A stretch of 64,000 nt of DNA, from the sequence record MK268344.1. One strand, given 5' to 3'. The position numbers and the translations under genes are program-made. The notes below the pieces were generated by a model. That model was not told where the DNA came from. It searched no databases and saw only the letters and a program-made list of their open reading frames with translations. Of this stretch, positions 46,616 to 56,013 are shown piece by piece (positions within the stretch are counted from its first letter, which is position 1; each line of letters starts with the position of its first letter).

Positions 46616-47308
46616 ATGATGAATTTAAAAGAATTACAAGAATCAATCTCTTCCATAATGGAAGGGAAAATCGGAACCTTCTATCATGGAAGTACTTCAA
46701 ACATTAAAAGTTTTGTTGATGACTTCGTAGGTAAAGGAAACGATGAATATGGCCCCGGAATATACTTCTCGAATAGAGAATGGATTGCGAGGGGTTATGC
46801 CGAACCTAACGGCTATATATATCGCTGTGATTTAGATTTTAGGAATGAATTAAGTGCTAACACTAAGTTCAATTTAGATCACATTAAAACATTAATTGCT
46901 AAATCACCGGATGAATACGCAGCTACTAATTGGGATGAGGACGAAGCGAAAGCACATCGTATCGCATTGCAAAATTATCTAGATTCGTATGATCATAATA
47001 TGCTGGAGATTTTTATGCAAATTTGGGCAGATTGGTACATGGACTATCCGGTTGATTTTGTTCGCAATATAGTTGCTATGGGGTATGATGGTTCGGTACA
47101 CAATCTAGGTAATCCAGATGTGGATGGTATTACGGATGACACGTTGTATATTGTTGTCTATAATCCAAAATCAATTAAATTAATTGAATCATATCCTTAC
47201 CAACAAACGGTAGAAAAACCTAAAGAACCCGAAAAGGTTCAACCACATACATTTGTGACAAACTCACATGGTAGTGATGATATCCCTCTCCAAACTACCA
47301 AATCTTAA
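46616..47308 (+). CDS. ADP-ribosyltransferase-fold protein (ART-PolyVal-like)
   Basis: FYHGS...YGPGIYFS...ARGYA...GYDG...IVVYNPKSIK. Confidence 0.7.
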   Translation: MMNLKELQESISSIMEGKIGTFYHGSTSNIKSFVDDFVGKGNDEYGPGIYFSNREWIARGYAEPNGYIYRCDLDFRNELSANTKFNLDHIKTLIAKSPDEYAATNWDEDEAKAHRIALQNYLDSYDHNMLEIFMQIWADWYMDYPVDFVRNIVAMGYDGSVHNLGNPDVDGITDDTLYIVVYNPKSIKLIESYPYQQTVEKPKEPEKVQPHTFVTNSHGSDDIPLQTTKS

Positions 47309-47330
47309 TGCATACGCATTATGTCTTTTT

Positions 47331-47365
47331 GCCGATAGTATTATCATCTACTATCGGCTTTTTTT
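47331..47365 (+). terminator. Intrinsic terminator
   Basis: GCCGATAGT/ACTATCGGC plus T7. Confidence 0.85.
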
Positions 47366-47392
47366 CATCCTAATTAATAGGAGTACAAAAAA

Positions 47393-47884
47393 ATGACAAC
47401 TGAAAAATTTGTTCAGTACTTTTTGAATATCATCAATGTAAATAAAACATTTGATTTAGATACTTGGTTAGATACTTCTGGCTATCCAAAACTGTATGAA
47501 GGTGGTGTAATCAAAAGTACTTTACCCTTGAAAAAAGGAGTATTACCACAATCCCTGTTCATTGCTGGCAAAAGAAATTTATTCATGGGTATTATGGATT
47601 ATGATGATGCACATGATCATGATGTTGATTTAAATTATGATTTCCAAACCCAAGTACTAACAATTAATTTCACTGATATTACAACTCATAATGATGCATA
47701 TGCAGAAGATGAGAACATGAATGACTATACTCTTAATGTGAAACTATTCGATGATGACGGTGAATTCTTTCAAGAGAATACAGTAACTGATTTACCATTT
47801 GAATTTGAAGTACAAAAGAAAATGAAAGTATTCTTTGATGCTATGTATGATGGTTTCTGCAATAAGAAGGTATTAATAAAATGA
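47393..47884 (+). CDS. EEEYFQxST-motif paralogue
   Basis: DDGEFFQENTVTDL. Confidence 0.7.
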   Translation: MTTEKFVQYFLNIINVNKTFDLDTWLDTSGYPKLYEGGVIKSTLPLKKGVLPQSLFIAGKRNLFMGIMDYDDAHDHDVDLNYDFQTQVLTINFTDITTHNDAYAEDENMNDYTLNVKLFDDDGEFFQENTVTDLPFEFEVQKKMKVFFDAMYDGFCNKKVLIK

Positions 47885-48363
47885 ATAATAAAATATATGT
47901 CATGCCTGATAAAGTTCTTGAATTAATTTGGGAAAAGGTTGAGTACTATAAGGCATTGGAAATACTTTCATATGACCAAGTTGTTTTTAACAATCGTGGT
48001 GTGAATAATGAGATTTATACCAGTAAGAAGTTTCAAGACTTAGAATGTTTCCAGAATCCAAAAACAGGTGAATATAGCATTACAATACTAAGTAATGCAC
48101 TAATGGAACTGTACTTCTTTGCAAATCAACTAACAGAAGAACCTGATAATGGTTATTATCTAGAAATAGAGTATAGATATAATACAAATTGGGCACGAAT
48201 GGCTACACACATTTATGAGTCAGAAGAAGAGTACTTTATGCAAAGTACTGTAGAAAATTTACAACTAAGTATCGACCGTAATTTTAAAGTTGCTAGCTTT
48301 ATGGCACAACTTAAAGAGTTGATCAGATTGAGGGCTATTGAACATGGAAAATCAACATCGTAA
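47881..48363 (+). CDS. EEEYFQxST-motif paralogue
   Basis: SEEEYFMQSTVENL. Confidence 0.75.
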   Translation: MNNKIYVMPDKVLELIWEKVEYYKALEILSYDQVVFNNRGVNNEIYTSKKFQDLECFQNPKTGEYSITILSNALMELYFFANQLTEEPDNGYYLEIEYRYNTNWARMATHIYESEEEYFMQSTVENLQLSIDRNFKVASFMAQLKELIRLRAIEHGKSTS

Positions 48364-48568
48364 AATCAAAGGTTATCGAGAGCTAACCGAAGATGAAATT
48401 AAAAACATGAATGATGTTAAAGAGCTTGCTGCACAAGTTGGTGAACTAATTGAACGGCTAGGGGATTCCCCTGATATCGACCGGCGTTGGTTGAATATCG
48501 CTAAGACCGATTTACAAAAAGGTTTTATGAGTGCTGTACGCAGCATTGCAAAACCAGATTCATTCTAA
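48344..48568 (+). CDS. acb2: Anti-CBASS protein Acb2 (cyclic-oligonucleotide sponge)
   Basis: MENQHRKIKGYRELT...RWLNIAKTDLQKGFMSAVRSIAKPDSF closely matches Acb2 (MDNQHKKIKGYRDLS...[27 protein letters not shown], as I recall it). Confidence 0.9.
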   Translation: MENQHRKIKGYRELTEDEIKNMNDVKELAAQVGELIERLGDSPDIDRRWLNIAKTDLQKGFMSAVRSIAKPDSF

Positions 48569-48580
48569 GGAGCATAATAT

Positions 48581-49222
48581 ATGCAAATGGACGACAACTT
48601 ACCCGAAATGTTTGGGAATACTGAACTATCAGACGCTGATAAAAAACTACTAGCTGAACTAGATGCTATTGATATTAACAGTACTGATATGGTAGAATTT
48701 ACGGATGATGATCTCGTTAAAAACGCATATCTACTAGGAACCATGTCTAAGATTCATGGACATGCGAACAATGTAAACTGTGCATCATATACTTACGTAA
48801 TTAATGTATACATTAAAGATGCAGTTTGTAGTACTTATAACTGTACACGTGTTTATGAGTTTGGGGAACCCGTAGAACATACACTATTGAAACTTTTTGC
48901 AAAACAAAAATTCTATCTACGTAGTTCTACATCATCTTTTGGTGCAAAAGAATTCACACATCCACATCTTGAACTTGAACAACGTGCCGTGTTTGTGTAT
49001 GATCTAATCACAGATGAAAACTTTGATATAGATAAACCTTTCTATTTCTATCCACGCGAACTACAACTAGAACCGTGGAGTGTTAAAGAAGAAGAATGGT
49101 CAACCGTTGCAAAGCCTGGATATCATGAACTATTACCGGGTAATAAAATGCTACCACTAAAACCAACCTCACCACATAGCATAGTTGGTTCTTATATGGT
49201 TCCAGACGAAATCTTAAAATAA
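48581..49222 (+). CDS. Hypothetical protein
   Basis: AAGGAG RBS, 213 aa. Confidence 0.7.
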   Translation: MQMDDNLPEMFGNTELSDADKKLLAELDAIDINSTDMVEFTDDDLVKNAYLLGTMSKIHGHANNVNCASYTYVINVYIKDAVCSTYNCTRVYEFGEPVEHTLLKLFAKQKFYLRSSTSSFGAKEFTHPHLELEQRAVFVYDLITDENFDIDKPFYFYPRELQLEPWSVKEEEWSTVAKPGYHELLPGNKMLPLKPTSPHSIVGSYMVPDEILK

Positions 49223-49292
49223 GACTTGACCACCGACCTTCACTGATGTATCATTAGTGAAGGTTTTTAATTGAGAATTTGATGGAGGGGAA

Positions 49293-49778
49293 ATGAAATT
49301 TGATCCAGAAAGGTTATTACTGTTATTGCAAGTTCTATCTATCCCAACAAATACAGGTATGGTTAGTTTCAATCCAGTAAAGCCAATGAATCTTAAAAAT
49401 GGAGATTCAGTTAAATACCCTTGTATGTTATTTGGTATCAACAAATCTCATAATTTTACTTGTACTGACATGTATTGCATGTTGATTGTAAAAAATGATT
49501 CAACATCAGATTATTGTTGTACTTGGTGGTTTACTAACGATAAGTTCATGTTATCCATTATTGATAATGATGATAACGAAGATCCAGAAATGACAAGAAA
49601 TATTTCTGATACTGTGGCTATGGGTAATTTCCATAAATCAGAAGAAGAACATTTTCAAAAAGATTGTTTATCAGGAACTCCTATTACTTGGGAACTTGAG
49701 GTGGCAGTGAAAGAATGTCTTTCTAATCTAAAATCTTTTTATAATGCAGCATTAGCCGAATGGAATGGTGTACTATGA
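49293..49778 (+). CDS. EEEYFQxST-motif paralogue
   Basis: SEEEHFQKDCLSG. Confidence 0.65.
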   Translation: MKFDPERLLLLLQVLSIPTNTGMVSFNPVKPMNLKNGDSVKYPCMLFGINKSHNFTCTDMYCMLIVKNDSTSDYCCTWWFTNDKFMLSIIDNDDNEDPEMTRNISDTVAMGNFHKSEEEHFQKDCLSGTPITWELEVAVKECLSNLKSFYNAALAEWNGVL

Positions 49779-50221
49779 ACACAACATTAATAAGACCTGA
49801 AGTACTGAAACATGTAAAGGGAAGATATAAGGGAATTTCCAAAAATGATTTAAATTCATTTCCAGAAACCGAATTACTTGATAGTGAACAATTACTTTCT
49901 TACGGGGATCAAAATCACGGTTATTACTTTGACTTAGGTATTGATATGGGTAGTAACGAGGAAATTGGTTTTGAAGGTTCAATCACTCAATTTGAATTCA
50001 AACTGGTTGAGTACACGCAAATTGACACTAAACCAAATTCGTTTAAGATTGATTTAACTTTATTTGATGGGGCATTAACCGAAGAAGTCTTTTTTCAATT
50101 CAGTACTATAGAAGATTTTTATGGCTTGACATTCGAACAGCTTCGGGTTATCATAGAAATACGGGATGAAATTAAAAATCGCATTCCTCATTGGGGTATT
50201 AATCCTAAAGAAAAACTTTAA
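49775..50221 (+). CDS. EEEYFQxST-motif paralogue
   Basis: TEEVFFQFSTIEDF. Confidence 0.75.
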   Translation: MNTTLIRPEVLKHVKGRYKGISKNDLNSFPETELLDSEQLLSYGDQNHGYYFDLGIDMGSNEEIGFEGSITQFEFKLVEYTQIDTKPNSFKIDLTLFDGALTEEVFFQFSTIEDFYGLTFEQLRVIIEIRDEIKNRIPHWGINPKEKL

Positions 50222-50224
50222 AAA

Positions 50225-50256
50225 GTTGGGACAAACTTAGAAAAATGTGATATGAT
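50225..50256 (+). promoter_or_regulatory. CTTGGGACAAA-class promoter (copy 9, variant)
   Basis: GTTGGGACAAA-N10-TGTGATATGAT. Confidence 0.75.
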
Positions 50257-50294
50257 ATTATTATCAGGACAGTAAGATATTCTGGTAAAATTTC

Positions 50295-50372
50295 GTTGAG
50301 TAGCTTAAGAGAGAGCAGCAGGTAATAACGATAAGATCACCTGTCAGCGTGGATTTAAACACCACCTCAACA
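50295..50372 (+). pseudogene. Degenerate tRNA-like element with 15-nt anticodon loop
   Basis: GTTGAG/CTCAAC acceptor, D-like arm, GCAGGT/ACCTGT stem, decayed T-arm, no CCA. Confidence 0.5.
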
Positions 50373-50380
50373 ATTCAATT

Positions 50381-50435
50381 TAGAATCCAACAGCAATTTT
50401 ATTCAATCGCTTATATGAAAACAAAATGGATTCTA
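50381..50435 (+). ncRNA. CAGCAA-motif RNA, short form
   Basis: TAGAATCCA/TGGATTCTA, ACAGCAA, TTCA...GCTTA...TGAA. Confidence 0.6.
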
Positions 50436-50440
50436 GCTTT

Positions 50441-50523
50441 GCGGGTATGGGGGAACTGGTAGACCCGACGTGCTTAAAACACGTTTCGCAAGAGTGAGGA
50501 TTCGAATTCCTCTACCCGCACCA
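50441..50523 (+). tRNA. tRNA-Leu(UAA)
   Basis: ACGTG-CTTAAAA-CACGT, variable arm, A73, CCA. Confidence 0.9.
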
Positions 50524-50588
50524 CATTTTAATAGTATAATTGATTCGAACTCATAAATAATGGTATATACCATAACTAAGGTTCGAAA

Positions 50589-51401
50589 ATGAGAAAAGAC
50601 ATATTACAACAAAAAGAATTAATTCTTCAATTAATAGAAAAGAAAGCCCCTAAAAATGAGATTTGTAGAATTTTAAATTGTAAAACTACTACATTGGATT
50701 CATATCTAAAGAAAATGAATATTGAATATTCTGGTAACAAATCCAGAAAAGGGTTACAGAGAACTGAAAATTATAAAAATGTTGAAGAGTACCTATTCAA
50801 TGGTAGTTCGATTCAATCTCATAAATTGAAATTGAAATTAATACGAGAAAATATATTTGAACATAAATGTCATAGATGTGGATTGCGTGAATGGGAAGGT
50901 GTAGAAATTCCATTAGAATTAGATCATATCGATGGTCAACATTTTAATAATGAACTATCAAACCTTAGATTATTATGTCCAAATTGTCATGCGTTAACTG
51001 ATACATACAGGTCAAAAAACCGAAGAACTGTTAGAACTAAAAAAGAAATAGAATCATTGGCAGAAGAAGTGTTTACGCGATTTGCTGATGATATAGAGAA
51101 CAATTCTATTGAGAAAGAATCAAAAGAAAAGAAACGAAAGATTACTAATATATGTAAAACATGTAATAAATCATATGAAAAATGTGGTAACATGAAAGGT
51201 AAGTATTTTTGCAGTGATGAATGTTATCGAAAATCATTACAAAAATTTGATATTACGTCAGAAGAATTAAGTAAATTAGTTTGGGAAATGCCTACTACTA
51301 AAATAGCAGAAATATATAATGTTAGTGATGTTGCAATTTCTAAACGTTGTAAAAAATACGGTATTAAGAAACCACCACGTGGTTATTGGATGAAAAAATG
51401 A
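50589..51401 (+). CDS. Free-standing HNH homing endonuclease with HTH domains
   Basis: CHRCG...LELDHIDG...NNELSNLRLLCPNCH; C-terminal CKTC/CSDEC and HTH. Confidence 0.9.
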   Translation: MRKDILQQKELILQLIEKKAPKNEICRILNCKTTTLDSYLKKMNIEYSGNKSRKGLQRTENYKNVEEYLFNGSSIQSHKLKLKLIRENIFEHKCHRCGLREWEGVEIPLELDHIDGQHFNNELSNLRLLCPNCHALTDTYRSKNRRTVRTKKEIESLAEEVFTRFADDIENNSIEKESKEKKRKITNICKTCNKSYEKCGNMKGKYFCSDECYRKSLQKFDITSEELSKLVWEMPTTKIAEIYNVSDVAISKRCKKYGIKKPPRGYWMKK

Positions 51402-51448
51402 TATGTTTTAGGGAAGCATTTGCTTCCCTTTTCTTTTGAGGATGAAGT

Positions 51449-51871
51449 ATGAAATTCAGTGAAAAAGAAATTGAATTCGTGCGGAAGTTGATTAAAACTA
51501 TAGATAGTAAACCAAACTATGAAATATCACGAAGTGGTCATCGTTATAGTTTTTGGACATGTACTGGTGATCAAACAAATAGAAAAAATTGTCATAATAT
51601 AACATTATACAGCGAAGATGATTTATGGGGAGCTAATTTCGATATATTCACAGATCGGATAGAAATAATTGTAGACTATGAAGATCATAGATGGGATCAC
51701 ACATTATATACATCTGAATTCAGTACTGTATCAGAAGAAGAATTATTCCAACAAAGCATTATTCAAGATTTTTCTATGTTTGATGAATATCCTGATGTAT
51801 TAGAACGCTTATTAAAATACTCGATTGAAGTGAGGTCTAATCTTGAAAAAGCCAATACAATACTCCAATGA
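51449..51871 (+). CDS. EEEYFQxST-motif paralogue
   Basis: SEEELFQQSIIQDF. Confidence 0.75.
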   Translation: MKFSEKEIEFVRKLIKTIDSKPNYEISRSGHRYSFWTCTGDQTNRKNCHNITLYSEDDLWGANFDIFTDRIEIIVDYEDHRWDHTLYTSEFSTVSEEELFQQSIIQDFSMFDEYPDVLERLLKYSIEVRSNLEKANTILQ

Positions 51872-52358
51872 ATTAGATAAAAAGCAACGCGAGGTAATAC
51901 TTCGGCAGTACTTTGATAATGCAATAAAAACTGCTGAGTACATGATTAGTACTGGAACTGATGTAATGAATAATAATGAACAAACAACTTTAGAAGAAGC
52001 AAAGTTGTGGTGTTTATTACATAAGAATCATTATGCGATAACATTTTATGATAATGACATTGGAAGTCAAGATATAAGAAAAGCTACTAACTTTGCTATT
52101 GAGTTCCCAGAAGATGAAGTATTTGAACGTAGTGCTGCTGTTATTGATGTATTTCCTGACCGTATTCTTTTATGTAACGAACTATGTGATGATGCACCAT
52201 TGTCAGAAATTGACATTTCGTTCAATGAACTTGATGAAGGGTATCATTTTCAGATGGAAGCAACGCTTGAAATATTTCCATTTACATTTGAACAATTCAA
52301 GACGTTATTTGGTATAGCAAAAAAACTAAAACAGCCATTGACAAAATTGGAATCCTAG
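51843..52358 (+). CDS. EEEYFQxST-motif paralogue (start uncertain)
   Basis: DEGYHFQMEATLEI. Confidence 0.65.
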   Translation: MKKPIQYSNELDKKQREVILRQYFDNAIKTAEYMISTGTDVMNNNEQTTLEEAKLWCLLHKNHYAITFYDNDIGSQDIRKATNFAIEFPEDEVFERSAAVIDVFPDRILLCNELCDDAPLSEIDISFNELDEGYHFQMEATLEIFPFTFEQFKTLFGIAKKLKQPLTKLES

Positions 52359-52400
52359 TGTATCATGGTATAAAATGATAAACATCAATAAGGAAAACGA

Positions 52401-52730
52401 ATGTCTAAACATATTGAACCACATGAATTAGCAATGCGTCTTGTAAAATCCATTGTCAAACGTGATTTCGGTGATCCAATTCTGGATGAGTACTACGAAC
52501 ATGGAATTGATAAATTCACGGAAATATTAAGCCGGATGCATAATAATAAAGAAGAAGATATTCGTGCGACTTTATATGATATGGTTAAATTCAATAAATT
52601 ATTTGACATGCAAGAAGAATACGAAAAAGAAAATGTAATATATTGGATGTTAGTAATTACTTTTGGTAATGGATTTGATTTGGAATATTTCGATGAAGGT
52701 ATTCTATGCAATTCTCGTGCCGAGGTATAA
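52401..52730 (+). CDS. Hypothetical protein
   Basis: AAGGA RBS, upstream TTGACA/TATCAT. Confidence 0.65.
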   Translation: MSKHIEPHELAMRLVKSIVKRDFGDPILDEYYEHGIDKFTEILSRMHNNKEEDIRATLYDMVKFNKLFDMQEEYEKENVIYWMLVITFGNGFDLEYFDEGILCNSRAEV

Positions 52731-52731
52731 T

Positions 52732-53664
52732 ATGATTTCTAAAGATGATTTTTATGAATTTCTGAAAGCGTTTTATAATAAGTTCAAGTCAGCGGGTGAA
52801 TATTTCAATGTTCATCCATATAATGAATTTCAAAGAAAAGAAAAGGAATATCATAACTTATGTGATGAATTGGGATTTTATGCTCGTGTTAGTTCTAACA
52901 CCTCCCCTCATGCACACAACATATATGGAATGTACGGAATTGATTTTCGTGATTTAATAACATTAGGGTATATTCAAAATAAAGAATATTATTTAGAAAT
53001 TCGCAATGATGAAGAAAATCCAACTTACTTAACACCAGACGATAGTACTTTTGAAAAAATAGCTAAAGCATTTATTTATGGTCAAGGAAAATTCACTATT
53101 CTTCCAGATGATGTTATTACAATTGGTGATGTGTCTTTAACAGTTTTTGAAATCCATGAAGCAATTGAAGAATATTCAGTACCACATCGTCTTAAAAAAA
53201 TAGCAATCGATGATTTGTATGTTTTCCCATCAAAGGGTGACGATTACTCCTTTGGGGTTGGGGAACGTTACACGGAAGAATATTGTGATATGATAGAAGA
53301 TATTGATACACGTTTATCACCTTATTTCTTTTCTGCTGATGGAATAGTGAATGCTGATATTTCTCCTGAACATCAACGGTACTCATGGGATACATTCAAA
53401 GATAAAATAGTTGAAGATATTACTGATATGGATGCCGTTTGGATTTGTAAAACAAAACCAGATGTTCAAATTAATGTTAACATTGATACTTTAAAAAACT
53501 TGATTTCTTCTTTAGTGAAATCTAAAAATCCAGTAGCAGGATTATTAATGATACGTGTATTGACACAAAACAAAATCACTATAAATTACACTGATGTTCC
53601 AGAATTCAAAGTATTTGTGGAACAACATGGTAAAATAATGCGTGAATTGAGAACAATGCACTAA
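52732..53664 (+). CDS. Hypothetical acidic protein
   Basis: GAGG RBS; start moved to MISKDD. Confidence 0.7.
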   Translation: MISKDDFYEFLKAFYNKFKSAGEYFNVHPYNEFQRKEKEYHNLCDELGFYARVSSNTSPHAHNIYGMYGIDFRDLITLGYIQNKEYYLEIRNDEENPTYLTPDDSTFEKIAKAFIYGQGKFTILPDDVITIGDVSLTVFEIHEAIEEYSVPHRLKKIAIDDLYVFPSKGDDYSFGVGERYTEEYCDMIEDIDTRLSPYFFSADGIVNADISPEHQRYSWDTFKDKIVEDITDMDAVWICKTKPDVQINVNIDTLKNLISSLVKSKNPVAGLLMIRVLTQNKITINYTDVPEFKVFVEQHGKIMRELRTMH

Positions 53665-53706
53665 TATATGGGAAGCAATGCTTCCCATTTTCTTTAAGAG
53701 AATCTT

Positions 53707-54123
53707 ATGAACTTAGAAAAAACATTAAAATACATTGATGTTAATTTTGAAAAACTGTATTCAGAAAAAAGTAAATCAAACACTAGAATTGATATTGAAA
53801 ACAGTTTTATGGGTGTTATTTTTGATTGGGATTTTTCTACTAAAGATACAGTACTGAAACTTGAATGGTTTCCGCATCAATATAAGTATTCTATTATCAT
53901 TGAACTTTATAGTGAGACCGAATTTATATTAAACACATGGAATTCTAGAAGTTATTTGTGGTATGAAGATTTTATTATAGATTTTGATATTGAACGTGGT
54001 TATTTTGATTGTTTAGATACTGTATATCCTATGGCATCTAACTTCAAATTTAAGTACTTAAAAATACTGAAAAGTATTTCTGCGAAATACATGATGAAGA
54101 AGGGCATAAAACAAATGAGGTGA
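53707..54123 (+). CDS. Hypothetical protein (weak family member)
   Basis: IERGYFDCLDTVYP. Confidence 0.6.
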   Translation: MNLEKTLKYIDVNFEKLYSEKSKSNTRIDIENSFMGVIFDWDFSTKDTVLKLEWFPHQYKYSIIIELYSETEFILNTWNSRSYLWYEDFIIDFDIERGYFDCLDTVYPMASNFKFKYLKILKSISAKYMMKKGIKQMR

Positions 54124-54125
54124 AT

Positions 54126-54368
54126 ATGAAAACCGATAAAGCTATTGAAAAGATGCGTCGTAATAAGCGTAATTGGACTATCCCTAAACTGAAAGTAATC
54201 GCCGCACGTTGTGGTATTTCGTGCGTGTCGAATGGTAGTACTCATCACGTTTTCAGGTTAGAGGGTGTTGTAGAACATTTGTCAATTCCATTCAATGGTA
54301 AGGACATTCACCCTGATTATATAACTAAATTTCTACGCCTAATAGATAAGGCAACAGGAGAGAAGTAA
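54126..54368 (+). CDS. HicA-family RNase (orphan)
   Basis: 80 aa basic; NGSTHHVFR...LSIPF.GKDIHPDYI dsRBD-type HicA pattern. Confidence 0.75.
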   Translation: MKTDKAIEKMRRNKRNWTIPKLKVIAARCGISCVSNGSTHHVFRLEGVVEHLSIPFNGKDIHPDYITKFLRLIDKATGEK

Positions 54369-55603
54369 TGATTTCTGAATACATGGCAATGTTTTCAAAA
54401 ATGATGAATGACTATCCGTGGATGATGGGTCTTTATTCATTATATGGAATGGCAGTAATAACGTATCTAACAAAATTCATTCCTAAGATTTGGAACTTTA
54501 TCTACAGTCAAAGCATTACAACATTAGAATTGAATAATGCTGGTTGGTCTGGAAATGAAGCTCACTTTTTGGCATTTATGGAATGGTACTTAAAAAGTCC
54601 ATATGCTAAGTGGTCACGCTATCTTTCACTAGATGGTAAATTTCACAGATGGGAAGATGATGAACCTACGAATAAAACTTATGTAATTGGTGCTGGTTAT
54701 GGCACACACTTCTTCTTTTACAAGAAGCGTCTATTTTGGTTCTCTAAAGGAACATTACAAAGTTCGGGTTCGGAGAAAGAAAAACAAAATATTGTAATTA
54801 AAACACTAGGTCGCACACAGAAACCATTAGTAGATTTAGTCGCTGATTTTGCAGTTAAACCTAAAGAAACTGATATTAGTATCTTTAACTATAAAGATGA
54901 TTGGGAACAGATTTCATCAGTAACTAAACGTCCACTATCATCAGTAATTCTACGTAAAGATATTAAAGATGAATTGGTTGGGAATCTTGAGTACTTCTAT
55001 GCTAATCGTGAATGGTACGTGTCACGTGGTCTAGCATATAAACAAACTTATATCCTACACGGTTTGCCCGGTACAGGTAAAAGTAGTACTATCAAAGCAC
55101 TAGCATCACACTTCAAAAAGAATATCTGTATCATTGATATTACTACAATGAGTAACATGGCATTCGAAAAAGCAATGGCATCCGTTCCTCGTGGTTCAAT
55201 CGTTCTAATCGAAGACTTTGATTCGTGTCGTGCATTACATTCACGTGAAGATAGTGAAGATAATACAAATGGTATGGCTGAATTGGTAGAAGTACTATCA
55301 CTATCTAAAGTACTAAATGTTCTTGATGGTGTAGTTAGTCTAGATGATACTGTGGTATTTTTAACTACCAACCACCTAGATAAGATTGACGCTGCAATGA
55401 CACGTAAAGGAAGGGTTGATTATTGCATCGAGATTCCACACCTAGAAGATGCAGAAGTGAAAGAATATATTCATCTTATGTATCCAGATGAAGAAATTCC
55501 ACAAAAAACATTTGACACCATCGCAGGTTGTGATATACAATCTCTTTACCTCGAACATAAAGAAGATTTCAACAGCTTCATTGGAAGTCTAAAGGAGAAA
55601 TAA
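54368..55603 (+). CDS. BCS1-like AAA+ ATPase
   Basis: N-terminal TM helix, GAGYGTHFF BCS1_N pattern, Walker A GLPGTGKS, IEDFD, LNVLDG, TTNH, RKGRVD. Confidence 0.85.
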   Translation: MISEYMAMFSKMMNDYPWMMGLYSLYGMAVITYLTKFIPKIWNFIYSQSITTLELNNAGWSGNEAHFLAFMEWYLKSPYAKWSRYLSLDGKFHRWEDDEPTNKTYVIGAGYGTHFFFYKKRLFWFSKGTLQSSGSEKEKQNIVIKTLGRTQKPLVDLVADFAVKPKETDISIFNYKDDWEQISSVTKRPLSSVILRKDIKDELVGNLEYFYANREWYVSRGLAYKQTYILHGLPGTGKSSTIKALASHFKKNICIIDITTMSNMAFEKAMASVPRGSIVLIEDFDSCRALHSREDSEDNTNGMAELVEVLSLSKVLNVLDGVVSLDDTVVFLTTNHLDKIDAAMTRKGRVDYCIEIPHLEDAEVKEYIHLMYPDEEIPQKTFDTIAGCDIQSLYLEHKEDFNSFIGSLKEK

Positions 55604-56013
55604 TGGCTGAACTTAAACTCAAGTTGCGTGAGCGTTGGGTTAATGTTAGCGATAATACGGTAATTCAAAGTCTCATCACTGAGGAAACTATTCACATTGA
55701 TGATGATTTAGATTTTGAAGAAATGGCACATTATTATATGTGCCTCCGTGTTGGGTCGAGTATTGTAGATGGTGTCCGTCATGAAGTTTCGGTTTATGAC
55801 GGTTCATTGACAAAAGAAGAAATGTTTGATTTCATTCTAAACAATACAGTAACATTATATCCTGATGGATCTACGTGGACGAAACATAATGAAGACGGTA
55901 CTGAAGAAAAAGTAGTACTGAAATATAATGTATCCATTAATGGCTGTAGTATGAGTGGTTATGATTTAGAAGATGCTATTAATCACTACGTTAAGGAGAT
56001 TCAAAATAAATGA
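55603..56013 (+). CDS. Hypothetical protein
   Basis: AAGGAG RBS. Confidence 0.7.
   Translation: MAELKLKLRERWVNVSDNTVIQSLITEETIHIDDDLDFEEMAHYYMCLRVGSSIVDGVRHEVSVYDGSLTKEEMFDFILNNTVTLYPDGSTWTKHNEDGTEEKVVLKYNVSINGCSMSGYDLEDAINHYVKEIQNK

Noticed and set aside
46556-46710. ORF with AAGGAG RBS (MKVFLTGWEV...) overlapping the ART-like gene start
   Set aside because: Out of frame with a well-supported gene, no recognisable features; cannot be supported.
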